This document shows positions 40,516 to 49,143 of a DNA stretch of 64,000 nucleotides, piece by piece. The DNA lies in contig CAXXTB010000001.1 in NCBI GenBank assembly GCA_963676795.2, positions 192,001 to 256,000 of the forward strand. The letters run 5' to 3'. Each line of letters starts with the position of its first letter. Within the stretch, counting starts at the first letter, position 1. Position numbers and translations under genes: made by a program. The DNA is from Geopsychrobacteraceae bacterium (GTDB taxonomy: Bacteria; Desulfobacterota; Desulfuromonadia; Desulfuromonadales; Geopsychrobacteraceae). The notes below the pieces were generated by a model that had not been told where the DNA came from, ran no database searches, and saw nothing but the letters and a program-made list of their open reading frames with translations.

Positions 40516-40553
40516 AAAAGCCCCTCTACTCCAACCTGGGAAAAGAGGGGCTT
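40516..40553 (-). terminator. Terminator between convergent MFS and gabD
   Basis: AAAAAGCCCCTCT...AGAGGGGCTT stem, T run on the minus strand. Confidence 0.7.
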
Positions 40554-40604
40554 GCACTTATAAATCGTTGTCTGTTCGTGATGACTCGGCCATTTCCCGG
40601 CGTG

Positions 40605-42071
40605 CTAGTCTGTCATCTCTCCCAGGCATAAATATTTGATCTCAAGATAATCCTCGATACCATACTTTGAACCTTCACGGCCAAGACCCGATTCCTTGAT
40701 ACCACCAAATGGCGCAACCGCAGATGAAATCAACCCCGTGTTGGCACCTACGATTCCATATTCAAGTTTTTCACCAAGCCTCCAGGTTCGGGCGAAATCG
40801 CGCGTATAAAAGTAGGAGGCCAGTCCATATTCGGTATCGTTGGCCATCTGAATCGCTTCTTCTTCGCTATGGAAGCGGAATAAAGGTGCGATCGGACCGA
40901 AGGTCTCCTCACGGGCAATGCGCATTGTCGGTGTGACATCGACCAGCACAGTCGGTTCAAAAAAACTGCCGCCTAAAGCATGGCGACGCCCACCGCTAAC
41001 GACACGTGCTCCTTGGGATAGCGCTTCGGCAATATGCTGCTCAACCGTGTCGAGCGCCTTCATATCGATGAGTGGCCCCTGTTTCGTTGTCTCGTCCAGC
41101 CCATTGCCGACCTTAAGCTCCGCGACAGCGGCGGCGAGTTTTTCGGCAAAAGCATCATAGACCCCATCCTGAACCAGAAAGCGGTTGGTACAGACACAGG
41201 TCTGGCCGCTGTTGCGGAATTTTGAGACCAACGCCCCGGCAACGGCAGCGTCGAGATCGGCATCGTCAAAAACGATAAAGGGGGCATTGCCACCCAACTC
41301 CAGCGAAACCTTTTTTACCGTACTTGCGCACGCCGCAAGCAACTGTTTGCCGATTTCCGTGGAGCCGGTAAAGCTCAGCTTGCGCACCAGGGGGTTGCCG
41401 GTCAGTTCCTGACCTATCTTGCTGGCAGAACCGGTGACAACATTGAAGACCCCAGCGGGGATCCCGGCCCGCGAGGCGAGTTCTGCAAGCGCCAGAGCAG
41501 AATAAGGTGTTGCGCTGGCTGGCTTGACAACCATCGTACACCCGGCAGCAAGGGCAGGGGCCGCTTTGCGGGTGATCATTGCCGTTGGAAAATTCCAGGG
41601 GGTTATCGCTGCGCAGACCCCGATCGGCTCTTTCAGGGCGATGATCCGTTTATCGCTCTGAAATGTAGGGATGACATCGCCATAAATACGTTTACCCTCC
41701 TCGGCGAACCATTCGATATAGGAGGCTGCGTATGCGATCTCGCCTTTTGCTTCGGCCAGTGGTTTTCCCTGCTCTATCGTCATCAGAATCGCGAGGTCCT
41801 GCCGGTGCTCGAGCAGCAACTCGTACCAACGGCGCAGAAGCGTGGAACGTTCTTGGGCGGTTTTTTTAAGCCAGGCAGATCGCACCCGATTCGCGGCACC
41901 GATGGCGCGCTGCGTTTCAAGCTGTCCCATCTCAGGCACGGTGCCAATAATGTCCCCGGTCGCCGGATTGCTGACGCTCAGAGTGGCCTTGGTTTCGGCG
42001 CCACACCACTGACCGTCGATGTAGGCCTGTTGGCGAAACAGTTGTTTGTCCTTCAGTTGCGACAAGCCCAT
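40605..42071 (-). CDS. gabD: Succinate-semialdehyde dehydrogenase (NAD(P)+)
   Basis: ITPWNFP, FTGSTEIGK, LELGGNAPF, KFRNSGQTCVC, EETFGP. Confidence 0.92.
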   Translation of the reverse strand: MGLSQLKDKQLFRQQAYIDGQWCGAETKATLSVSNPATGDIIGTVPEMGQLETQRAIGAANRVRSAWLKKTAQERSTLLRRWYELLLEHRQDLAILMTIEQGKPLAEAKGEIAYAASYIEWFAEEGKRIYGDVIPTFQSDKRIIALKEPIGVCAAITPWNFPTAMITRKAAPALAAGCTMVVKPASATPYSALALAELASRAGIPAGVFNVVTGSASKIGQELTGNPLVRKLSFTGSTEIGKQLLAACASTVKKVSLELGGNAPFIVFDDADLDAAVAGALVSKFRNSGQTCVCTNRFLVQDGVYDAFAEKLAAAVAELKVGNGLDETTKQGPLIDMKALDTVEQHIAEALSQGARVVSGGRRHALGGSFFEPTVLVDVTPTMRIAREETFGPIAPLFRFHSEEEAIQMANDTEYGLASYFYTRDFARTWRLGEKLEYGIVGANTGLISSAVAPFGGIKESGLGREGSKYGIEDYLEIKYLCLGEMTD

Positions 42072-42211
42072 GGGTAATCTCCTTCAGGGTCTGAACTACT
42101 CTAGGGTTCGTATCGATTTGCCACGGATTTCATAGCCGGCAAAATCCGCACTGGGTTCCAGTGCCCTGTCTTCCTTGTGAACTGGAGCGACAGAGCACTG
42201 GATTTACAGCA

Positions 42212-43489
42212 TCAAGCGCATTCGCGCAGGGATTGTTCGAGGATATCCAAACCCTCTTCAAGCTGGGTCTCAGGGATTGTCAACGGGGCCAACAGGCGAA
42301 TGGTATTGGCGTAGATCCCGCAGGAAAGGAGGATCAGGCCGTTTTTCAGCGCACGGGCCGTGAGTCTCTTGATCAACTCGGGTGCAGGCGTGTGGCTACC
42401 ATGTTCGGCAACCAGCTCGAAGGCAACCATGGATCCCAAGCCCCGGATATCACCGATCGGAGCGGTGTCACGCTTCTGCTTTATCTGCTCAAGCCGCTCA
42501 ATCATTCTCGCCCCAAGCCTCTGGCTCCGCTCGCAAAGTTGTTCTTCGGCGATAATATCGAGAACGGCATGAGCTGCGGCACAGCCTAACGGGCTACCGC
42601 CGTAGGTTCCACCCAGGCCACCGGGGCCGGGAGCATCCATGATTTCTGCTTTGCCGATAACGCCTGAGATCGGCAATCCGCCACCCAGAGCCTTGGCCAC
42701 TGAAATGAGGTCGGGCTGGACAGTAAAATGTTCAGTTGCGAACATCTTGCCGGTGCGGGCAAATCCGGTCTGGACTTCATCGCAGATCAGCAGGATGCCA
42801 TGCTTATCGCAGATCTGGCGCAGAGCGAGCATGAATTCCTGGGGAGCGATGTAGAATCCGCCCTCCCCCTGCACCGGTTCGAGGATGATAGCGGCAACCT
42901 GCTCCGCTTCGACATCAGCTTTGAACAGGTTTTCCAGGGCCTTCAAGCTGTCAGCAACTGAGATCCCATGATGGGCAATCGGAAACGGCAGATGATACAG
43001 GCCTGAAGGGAAAGGGCCGAAACCGGCTTTGTACGGGTGGACCTTGCCGGTCAGGCCCATCGTAAGCAGCGAACGACCATGGAAACCACCAACAAAAGAG
43101 ACAACCGCCGAGCGCCCTGTGTAATAACGGGCAATCTTGATGGTATTTTCGACCGCTTCGGAACCGGTGGTCATGAGAACGGTTTTCGCGTTGTCGATCG
43201 GGGCCAGGGCGTTGAGACGCTCGGCCAACGAGACATAGCTTTCATAAGGCGCGACCTGAAATGCCGTATGGGTAAAAGCCTGACATTGCTCGGCAACGGA
43301 AGCCATTACCCTGGGATGTCGGTGCCCTGTGTTGCACACGGCGATTCCGGCGGCAAAATCGAGATAGCGTTTCCCTTCGGCATCCCAGAGTTCAGCATTT
43401 TCAGCTTTGACCGCAAAGAGAGGAGTTGCAGAGGCAACGCCACGGGCAACCGCCAGATTCCGGCGTTCCATTAACTCAGAATTTGTCAT
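42212..43489 (-). CDS. gabT: 4-aminobutyrate (or 5-aminovalerate) aminotransferase
   Basis: DFAAGIAV.NTGH, EPVQGEGGF, DEVQTGFARTG, AKALGGG, GGTYGG. Start at MTNSEL after GGAG. Confidence 0.92.
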   Translation of the reverse strand: MTNSELMERRNLAVARGVASATPLFAVKAENAELWDAEGKRYLDFAAGIAVCNTGHRHPRVMASVAEQCQAFTHTAFQVAPYESYVSLAERLNALAPIDNAKTVLMTTGSEAVENTIKIARYYTGRSAVVSFVGGFHGRSLLTMGLTGKVHPYKAGFGPFPSGLYHLPFPIAHHGISVADSLKALENLFKADVEAEQVAAIILEPVQGEGGFYIAPQEFMLALRQICDKHGILLICDEVQTGFARTGKMFATEHFTVQPDLISVAKALGGGLPISGVIGKAEIMDAPGPGGLGGTYGGSPLGCAAAHAVLDIIAEEQLCERSQRLGARMIERLEQIKQKRDTAPIGDIRGLGSMVAFELVAEHGSHTPAPELIKRLTARALKNGLILLSCGIYANTIRLLAPLTIPETQLEEGLDILEQSLRECA

Positions 43490-43606
43490 AATGACTCCAC
43501 AAATGACGTACCTAGACGTTCTAGTGTTGCTAAACAAAGCCAGGACCCTTTCATGGTCCTAGCCTCTTCGTTCTGTATATTCCTGCTTTGATCTGACCAG
43601 GGAGAC

Positions 43607-44473
43607 TCAGGCCGGTTTCCATCTCTGAGGCTCAATCCTCCCGGAATAGACCGGCAATTCCAGAGGCTCATCGGTCTCGTTAAATTGCGACCACATCCGG
43701 TTCAATCCGGCGGTCCCATAGGTCCGGACGCGCTCAACCTCATCCAGATTCAGAACATCGGTCATACAAGCCGGCGCTTCGCTGGGCAGTTGAACACGGA
43801 CATGCCCCTCCGGGTCAACGATCAGGCTTTGGCCTGTTCCGGCCGGGGCAGCGGCATTGGCACTCACAATATAAACCTGATTGGTTATCGCATTGGCTCT
43901 GATCAGGATCTGCTCCTGAGCCCGGTCGCAGGTGGAGGTCTGGGCCTGATTAATAATCACCTCAGCGCCCATCCAGGCCAGTTGCCTGCAAACTTCGGGA
44001 AACCAGATGTCGTAACAGATCGCCAAGCCGACACGGCCAACACCAGGAACATCAAACACTGTGAATGATTTTCCCGGCTTGTAGGGCTCAAAAGGACGCC
44101 AGGGGAAACACTTGCGATAGCTGGCCACCAGTTCTCCATCAGGAGAAAACACCGGAGCCGTGTTATACAGATGACCGTCCTCGCCGCGTTCACAGAGGGT
44201 TCCCGGCAACAACCAGATTCCCAGTTTGCGGGCTATTTCCTTGAGCTGACTCACTCTCGGCCCGCTCATCGGCTGAGCCGCCTGCTGACATTGCTCCGCT
44301 CTCTGCTGCGGTGTCCCGTAAGCGCCGCAAAGGTGGATCTCCGGATAGACAACCATCCTGGTATTGCCGAAATCTGCCATGAGATCGGCAACCTCGTCGG
44401 CAAAATCCTGCAGATCGTCAGCGGGAGGGAGTGAACTTTGCTGGGCAACAAGAATGGGTAATACGCGTGACAT
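43607..44473 (-). CDS. Carbon-nitrogen hydrolase (nitrilase superfamily amidase)
   Basis: Glu-Lys-Cys triad: YPE, YRK, ICYDIWFPE. Confidence 0.9.
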   Translation of the reverse strand: MSRVLPILVAQQSSLPPADDLQDFADEVADLMADFGNTRMVVYPEIHLCGAYGTPQQRAEQCQQAAQPMSGPRVSQLKEIARKLGIWLLPGTLCERGEDGHLYNTAPVFSPDGELVASYRKCFPWRPFEPYKPGKSFTVFDVPGVGRVGLAICYDIWFPEVCRQLAWMGAEVIINQAQTSTCDRAQEQILIRANAITNQVYIVSANAAAPAGTGQSLIVDPEGHVRVQLPSEAPACMTDVLNLDEVERVRTYGTAGLNRMWSQFNETDEPLELPVYSGRIEPQRWKPA

Positions 44474-44483
44474 AGCTCTTCCC

Positions 44484-45866
44484 TTACCTTAAGGCCTGGG
44501 CCGAAACTTCGGATTCTGCCGGAATGGCATGCTCTTCGTCGAAATCGACCTCAGGTGGGGCCTGCTTGAACCACCTGGTCAGATAGGCCAGATAGATCAG
44601 GCCGATAACCATCCATGAGCAGCCGAGATAAAAGGCGTTGATATCGAGCTTTGACAACAGCCAGAGATTGAAAACCGCACCGATGAGGGGAATGATGACC
44701 CCTTTGATAAAACCACACTCTTTTCTCGCTTCGGCATCCCGGTAAAAAAGGAAAACGACAGAAAGGTTGACCATCGTGAAGGCGACAAAAGCGCCGAAAT
44801 TGATAAAGGAGGCGGCCGACAAAACATCGAGGAACAGGGCAATAACGCCGACGATACCAGTCAGGATGATGCTGAAAACCGGGGTGTGAAAACGAGAGTG
44901 AAGATAACCGAAGATGGATTTCGGCAGGACCGAATCGCGCCCCATGGCAAACAACAATCTTGAAGCACTGGCCTGGGCCGCGATACCGGAGGTAAATTGC
45001 GCCAGGACCATCCCGGCCAGGAAGATCGCAGCAAAAAGATCTTGGCCAATAACTTTGGCAATCTCGAAGGCCGCAGAATCGGCATCGTTAAACAGGAATC
45101 CGGGATGGACGAGCTGGGTGGTATAGCCGACCAAGGTATAGATGGCACCGCCGATTACCGCCGTTAAAATAATCGCCTTCGGAATGGTTCTTTTCGCGTT
45201 GATAGTCTCTTCGGTCAGGGTTGTGACGGCGTCAAATCCCAGAAAGGAGTAGGCTGCAACTGCCGCGCCGGCAGCGATCGTGGCAAAACTCGATTCCGTG
45301 TTGAAGAAAGGAGCCATGCTGAAGAGGGCATTGGCTCCGCCCTGGCCAAGCAGATGGCGCAGCGACAAGCCAACGAAAAAGACAATGACCAACACTTGAA
45401 AAACCATCAGTAATGAATTGACTTTGGCGGCCAGTTTAATTCCGAAGATGTTCAGAACAGTGGTGACAAGAATGAAGCCGAGCAGAAAGACCCAGCTCGG
45501 AACACCCGGAAACTGGGCATTCAGGTAAGCGGCACCGATCAGCCAGATGACCATGGGAAGAAAGAAATAATCGAGCAGAATGCCCCAGCCAACCATAAAC
45601 CCCAGCCGCGAATCGATTGATTTGCGGACATAGGTATAGGCCGATCCGGCGACAGGAAATTTATTGGCCATCACACCGTAACTGCAGGCAGTAAAAAGCA
45701 TGGCCACCGTGGTAATGATATAGGCTGTCGGCACCGCCCCTCTGGTTGTGCTGGCGACAACACCAAAAGTACCGAGAACAATCAGCGGGGTCATATAGGC
45801 CAGGCCGAACAGAACGACGGCTTTTAAACTGAGGGTTCGTTCAAGCTTAATGGGTTGTTCAGACAT
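44484..45866 (-). CDS. APC-family permease, PuuP/PlaP-like (polyamine/omega-amino compound importer)
   Basis: FGLAYM.P, AGSAYTY, LLDY.FLP, SFLGFDAVTTLTEE, RLLFAMGRD, FINFGA. Confidence 0.9.
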   Translation of the reverse strand: MSEQPIKLERTLSLKAVVLFGLAYMTPLIVLGTFGVVASTTRGAVPTAYIITTVAMLFTACSYGVMANKFPVAGSAYTYVRKSIDSRLGFMVGWGILLDYFFLPMVIWLIGAAYLNAQFPGVPSWVFLLGFILVTTVLNIFGIKLAAKVNSLLMVFQVLVIVFFVGLSLRHLLGQGGANALFSMAPFFNTESSFATIAAGAAVAAYSFLGFDAVTTLTEETINAKRTIPKAIILTAVIGGAIYTLVGYTTQLVHPGFLFNDADSAAFEIAKVIGQDLFAAIFLAGMVLAQFTSGIAAQASASRLLFAMGRDSVLPKSIFGYLHSRFHTPVFSIILTGIVGVIALFLDVLSAASFINFGAFVAFTMVNLSVVFLFYRDAEARKECGFIKGVIIPLIGAVFNLWLLSKLDINAFYLGCSWMVIGLIYLAYLTRWFKQAPPEVDFDEEHAIPAESEVSAQALR

Positions 45867-45998
45867 AAAAGATTCCTTCCGATTAATAGTTTAGCAAGAG
45901 TCAAGAAAATCGCTGGGTCACTGATGGGAACAGTCATTGAGGATGATTTTCTTTTGCTTTCCAAAAGCCCAACCGGGCTCTTGTCCCAAGCAGAAAAA

Positions 45999-46068
45999 GG
46001 CGACTTTGCCGAAATGCTTAACAGGATGGCTTCTTTGCCTAAAAATATGACGGGATGGCGACTTTGCC
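45999..46068 (-). promoter_or_regulatory. Three ANTAR-like RNA hairpins in the operon leader
   Basis: Minus strand GGC-AAAGUC-GCC (46057-68), GGC-AAAGAA-GCC (46028-39) and GGC-AAAGUC-GCC (45999-46010). Each is a 3-bp stem with an A1..G4 hexaloop, at 29-nt period. Confidence 0.7.
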
Positions 46069-46223
46069 GGAACAACAGCGGTCAGGATGACAGATCAATC
46101 GACCAAGAAAAATATCGCACTTGCATACCCCTTGAATCGTGGATAAATAATAGGTATTCCATTGGGAGGAGTATATAACCCCAGGGGGGTATCTCTATTG
46201 CTGTTGCCAGAGAGGATTATCAG

Positions 46224-47039
46224 GTGGAAAAAAAGACATCGACAATGCTGAGAGACAGGGCATTGGCCAATACGATTAAAGCTCTTGGAACTGCTCGTTT
46301 TACCGTGGAATTTTCGAAATTCTTACGAACTCTGAGCGATTTCGACAACCTGATTATTATCGTCTATTGCGGGGAGCAGAACCCTCGTGTTCTTTATCGG
46401 GAATGTATCGATCCGGTGGTTTATATGCCGATGGATAGAGAATATCTGACCAGCGCTTACCTTTTGGACCCCTTTTACCTGGAACATCTGAAAGGTGACA
46501 ATTCCGGGCTTAAACGGCTGCTCGATATTGCTCCCGATCTGTTCAGACGCTCGACTTACTATAATATTTATTATGAGCAGACAACCCTGATTGATGAGAT
46601 AGCGATTTTCGCCAGTATTGGAGAACAGACGACGATAACCGCCTGCATCGGTAAAGACAGGAGCAGCGGGGTGGCCTTTTCTCCCCGCAACCGAAAAGCT
46701 CTAAAATCCTATGAATCGGTGCTTTGTTCATTGATCAAGGCGCAGTGGAAAAATTTTCGTTTAGAAACTGAATCCCGTAATAGCGAAATTCCTCTTTCTG
46801 AACGGCTTAGGGAAAAGCTTCTCTCCGAACAAAATATAAAACTCAGCCCTCGTCAGGGAGAGATCGCCCTGTATATTCTTCGCGGGCATTCGTCCATTTC
46901 TATTGGTTTGAATCTTGGAATCAGCCCCGAAACAGTAAAAGTCTTTCGCCGTCAGCTCTATACAAAGTGCCATATTTCATCTCAGGCTGAATTATTCTCG
47001 AAGCTTATGCCATTGATATCCAGGCTGACGGAACAATGA
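46224..47039 (+). CDS. LuxR-family HTH regulator with N-terminal sensing domain
   Basis: AYLLDPFY N-terminal motif and C-terminal LSPRQ..ILRGHS..LGISPETVKV.R..LY.K..SSQAELF. GTG start. Confidence 0.85.
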   Translation: MEKKTSTMLRDRALANTIKALGTARFTVEFSKFLRTLSDFDNLIIIVYCGEQNPRVLYRECIDPVVYMPMDREYLTSAYLLDPFYLEHLKGDNSGLKRLLDIAPDLFRRSTYYNIYYEQTTLIDEIAIFASIGEQTTITACIGKDRSSGVAFSPRNRKALKSYESVLCSLIKAQWKNFRLETESRNSEIPLSERLREKLLSEQNIKLSPRQGEIALYILRGHSSISIGLNLGISPETVKVFRRQLYTKCHISSQAELFSKLMPLISRLTEQ

Positions 47040-47046
47040 TCACTCT

Positions 47047-47096
47047 TGACATTCTCCATCTATTTGGCGATATTGCCAAATAGATGGAGAATGTCA
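47047..47096. promoter_or_regulatory. Perfect 22-bp-arm inverted repeat containing the arsR promoter, operator and RBS
   Basis: TGACATTCTCCATCTATTTGGC-GATATT-GCCAAATAGATGGAGAATGTCA; TTGACA at 47046. Confidence 0.8.
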
Positions 47097-47422
47097 TGTA
47101 CAGCACCCACAAACCACAACTAGAAGCCCGCGCCAGGGTTCTAAAAGCCCTTGCTCACCCGACCCGCCTGTTTATCGTCGAACAGCTGGAAAAAGAGGAG
47201 ATCTGCGTCTGCGATCTGACCGCTATGATCGGTGCCGATATCTCGACCGTTTCCAAGCACCTCTCAGTCCTGAAGCAGGCCGGCATCCTCAGCGACAACA
47301 AACGCGGCAACCAGATCTTCTACCGCCTGAAGGTTCCCTGTATCCTCAACTTTTTCGGCTGTGTCGAAGCCGTTCTGAATCCGGAACAAGAAACCCTGCA
47401 GTGTATCGGTAGTGACTGTTAA
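47096..47422 (+). CDS. ArsR/SmtB-family metalloregulator
   Basis: KALAHPTRL, EICVCDL (alpha3 Cys motif), STVSKHL. Start ATG 47096 after GGAG (47084 is possible). Confidence 0.9.
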   Translation: MYSTHKPQLEARARVLKALAHPTRLFIVEQLEKEEICVCDLTAMIGADISTVSKHLSVLKQAGILSDNKRGNQIFYRLKVPCILNFFGCVEAVLNPEQETLQCIGSDC

Positions 47423-47438
47423 ATATTTTTTTGCCATA

Positions 47439-47458
47439 CTATTTGGCGATTTGGCCAA
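47439..47458. promoter_or_regulatory. Second ArsR operator upstream of the permease
   Basis: CTATTTGGCGAT is identical to 47060-47071; core TTGGC-N6-GCCAA. Confidence 0.7.
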
Positions 47459-47467
47459 GAAGGAAAA

Positions 47468-48778
47468 TTGATGAACTGGAAAAAGGAATGGAAACCGCTC
47501 AGCTGGATTGTCATCGGCTTTTTTGTCTGCTTCTTTCTGCCGGTTGATCTGCCCCGTGCGCAGCAGGCCATTCTGGAGGCGCTTTACCTGGTCCGCTGGT
47601 ACGCCCGCGAACATGTCCTGCTCTGCCTGGTTCCGGCCTTCTTCATCGCCGGTGCGGTCGCCGTCTTCGTCAGCCAGGCGTCGGTCATGAAATACCTCGG
47701 CCCCAAGGCGAACAAACTGGTCGCCTACAGCATCGCCGCCGTCTCCGGTACCATCCTGGCCGTCTGCTCCTGCACCATATTGCCGCTTTTTGCCGGCATC
47801 TACCGGATGGGCGCCGGGCTGGGTCCGGCCTGCGCCTTCCTCTATTCGGGACCGGCCATCAACATCCTCGCCATTGTCCTGACCGCCCGCATTCTCGGCC
47901 CGGAGATGGGGATCGCCAGGGCCGTCGGCGCGATCATCTTCTCGGTCATCATCGGCCTGCTGATGCACCTCTTCTTCCGCCACGAAGAACAGCAGAAGAT
48001 TGCCGCCGCTCCGCCAATGATGGCCGATGAAGAAACCCGTCCATTGTGGCAGACCGCTCTCTACTTCGCGGTCATGATCGGTATCCTGGTCTTCGCCAAC
48101 TGGGGCAGAACCGAGCAGACCAGCGGCCTCTGGCACCTGATTTACAGCAGCAAATGGCTGATCACCGGTGCCTTGTCGATTATCTTAGCCCTGATGCTGG
48201 CCACCTGGTTCAGAGTCGGCTTTGTCCGCATCATCATCGGCGCTATTCCCGCGCTGCTGTTGGCCCTGCTCGTTCCCCAACACCCGGAACTCGCATTCAG
48301 TCTCGGCGTTCTCGCCCTGTCGCTGATCAGCAACCTGAAAGACACCCGTGAGAGCGAGATGGGACAGTGGTTCGAGGAAAGCTGGAGCTTTGCCAGAAAG
48401 ATCCTGCCGCTGCTGCTGATCGGCGTCTTCATCGCCGGGATTCTGCTCGGCCGACCTGGCCATGAGGGGCTGATTCCTTCGGCCTGGGTCGCCACCCTGG
48501 TCGGCGGAAATTCCCTCGGCGCCAACCTGTTTGCCTCGGTCTTCGGCGCCTTCATGTATTTCGCCACCCTGACCGAGGTGCCGATCCTCCAGGGGCTGAT
48601 CGGCGCCGGGATGGGCAAGGGACCGGCCCTGGCCCTGCTGCTCGCCGGCCCGGCCTTGAGTCTGCCCAACATGCTGGTCATCCGCAGCGTCATGGGGACG
48701 AAAAAAACCGTCGTTTTCGTTGTGCTGGTGATGGTCATGGCAACCATCAGTGGCCTGATCTACGGAACGTTTTTCTAA
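47468..48778 (+). CDS. DUF318/ArsP-family permease
   Basis: EHVLLCLVPAFFIAG, AVCSCT.LP, FLYSGPAIN, MYFATLTEVP, GPALSLP. Confidence 0.85.
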   Translation: MMNWKKEWKPLSWIVIGFFVCFFLPVDLPRAQQAILEALYLVRWYAREHVLLCLVPAFFIAGAVAVFVSQASVMKYLGPKANKLVAYSIAAVSGTILAVCSCTILPLFAGIYRMGAGLGPACAFLYSGPAINILAIVLTARILGPEMGIARAVGAIIFSVIIGLLMHLFFRHEEQQKIAAAPPMMADEETRPLWQTALYFAVMIGILVFANWGRTEQTSGLWHLIYSSKWLITGALSIILALMLATWFRVGFVRIIIGAIPALLLALLVPQHPELAFSLGVLALSLISNLKDTRESEMGQWFEESWSFARKILPLLLIGVFIAGILLGRPGHEGLIPSAWVATLVGGNSLGANLFASVFGAFMYFATLTEVPILQGLIGAGMGKGPALALLLAGPALSLPNMLVIRSVMGTKKTVVFVVLVMVMATISGLIYGTFF

Positions 48779-48797
48779 ACTTATCAAGGAGACAGTC

Positions 48798-49031
48798 ATG
48801 AAAATTCAGATCCTCGGCACTGGTTGCGCCAAGTGCGAAAAGCTCGCCGAAAACGCCAAGCAGGCCGCTGACAACCTCGGCCTCGATTACCAGCTGGAAA
48901 AGGTCACCGACCTGAACCAGATCATGGCCTTCGGAGTCATGACCACCCCGGGTCTGGCCGTTGACGGCAAGGTCTTGAGTGTCGGTAAGGTGCCGAGCCA
49001 GGGGGACATCGAAAAGCTGCTGCAGGGGTAA
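48798..49031 (+). CDS. Small redox-active disulfide protein (MTH895/thioredoxin-like)
   Basis: ILGTGCAKC CxxC, GVMTTPGL.VDG; AAGGAG RBS. Confidence 0.9.
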   Translation: MKIQILGTGCAKCEKLAENAKQAADNLGLDYQLEKVTDLNQIMAFGVMTTPGLAVDGKVLSVGKVPSQGDIEKLLQG

Positions 49032-49143
49032 CTGCTGTTAAATTGTGAAATGACCGTGACAACAGAGCGGAATCGGGATTAAATAGCAGCTCCGTCCGGC
49101 AACCCCGCCGGGCAGAACATCTTTATTTTTTGGAGTTGAATCA

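Noticed and set aside
42100..42150. CTAGGGTTC resembling the start of a ykkC/guanidine-I riboswitch
   Set aside because: Wrong strand relative to gabT/gabD, and the conserved 3' stem motif is absent. The nearby 42157-42202 stem is an ordinary intercistronic hairpin.
45999..46068. 29-bp periodic repeats as a mini CRISPR array
   Set aside because: The repeat core is only 12 nt with 17-nt linkers and there are no cas genes. The A1/G4 hexaloop hairpin reading fits better.
45855..46178. 107-aa ORF across the leader
   Set aside because: No RBS or recognisable domain; it lies antisense to the permease leader and overlaps its start.
46124..46192. TAYYCC...GGRRTA palindromes as LuxR operators, and a weak sigma-54 site
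   Set aside because: Spacing differs among the three candidates and the -24/-12 match is poor; not enough support to call.
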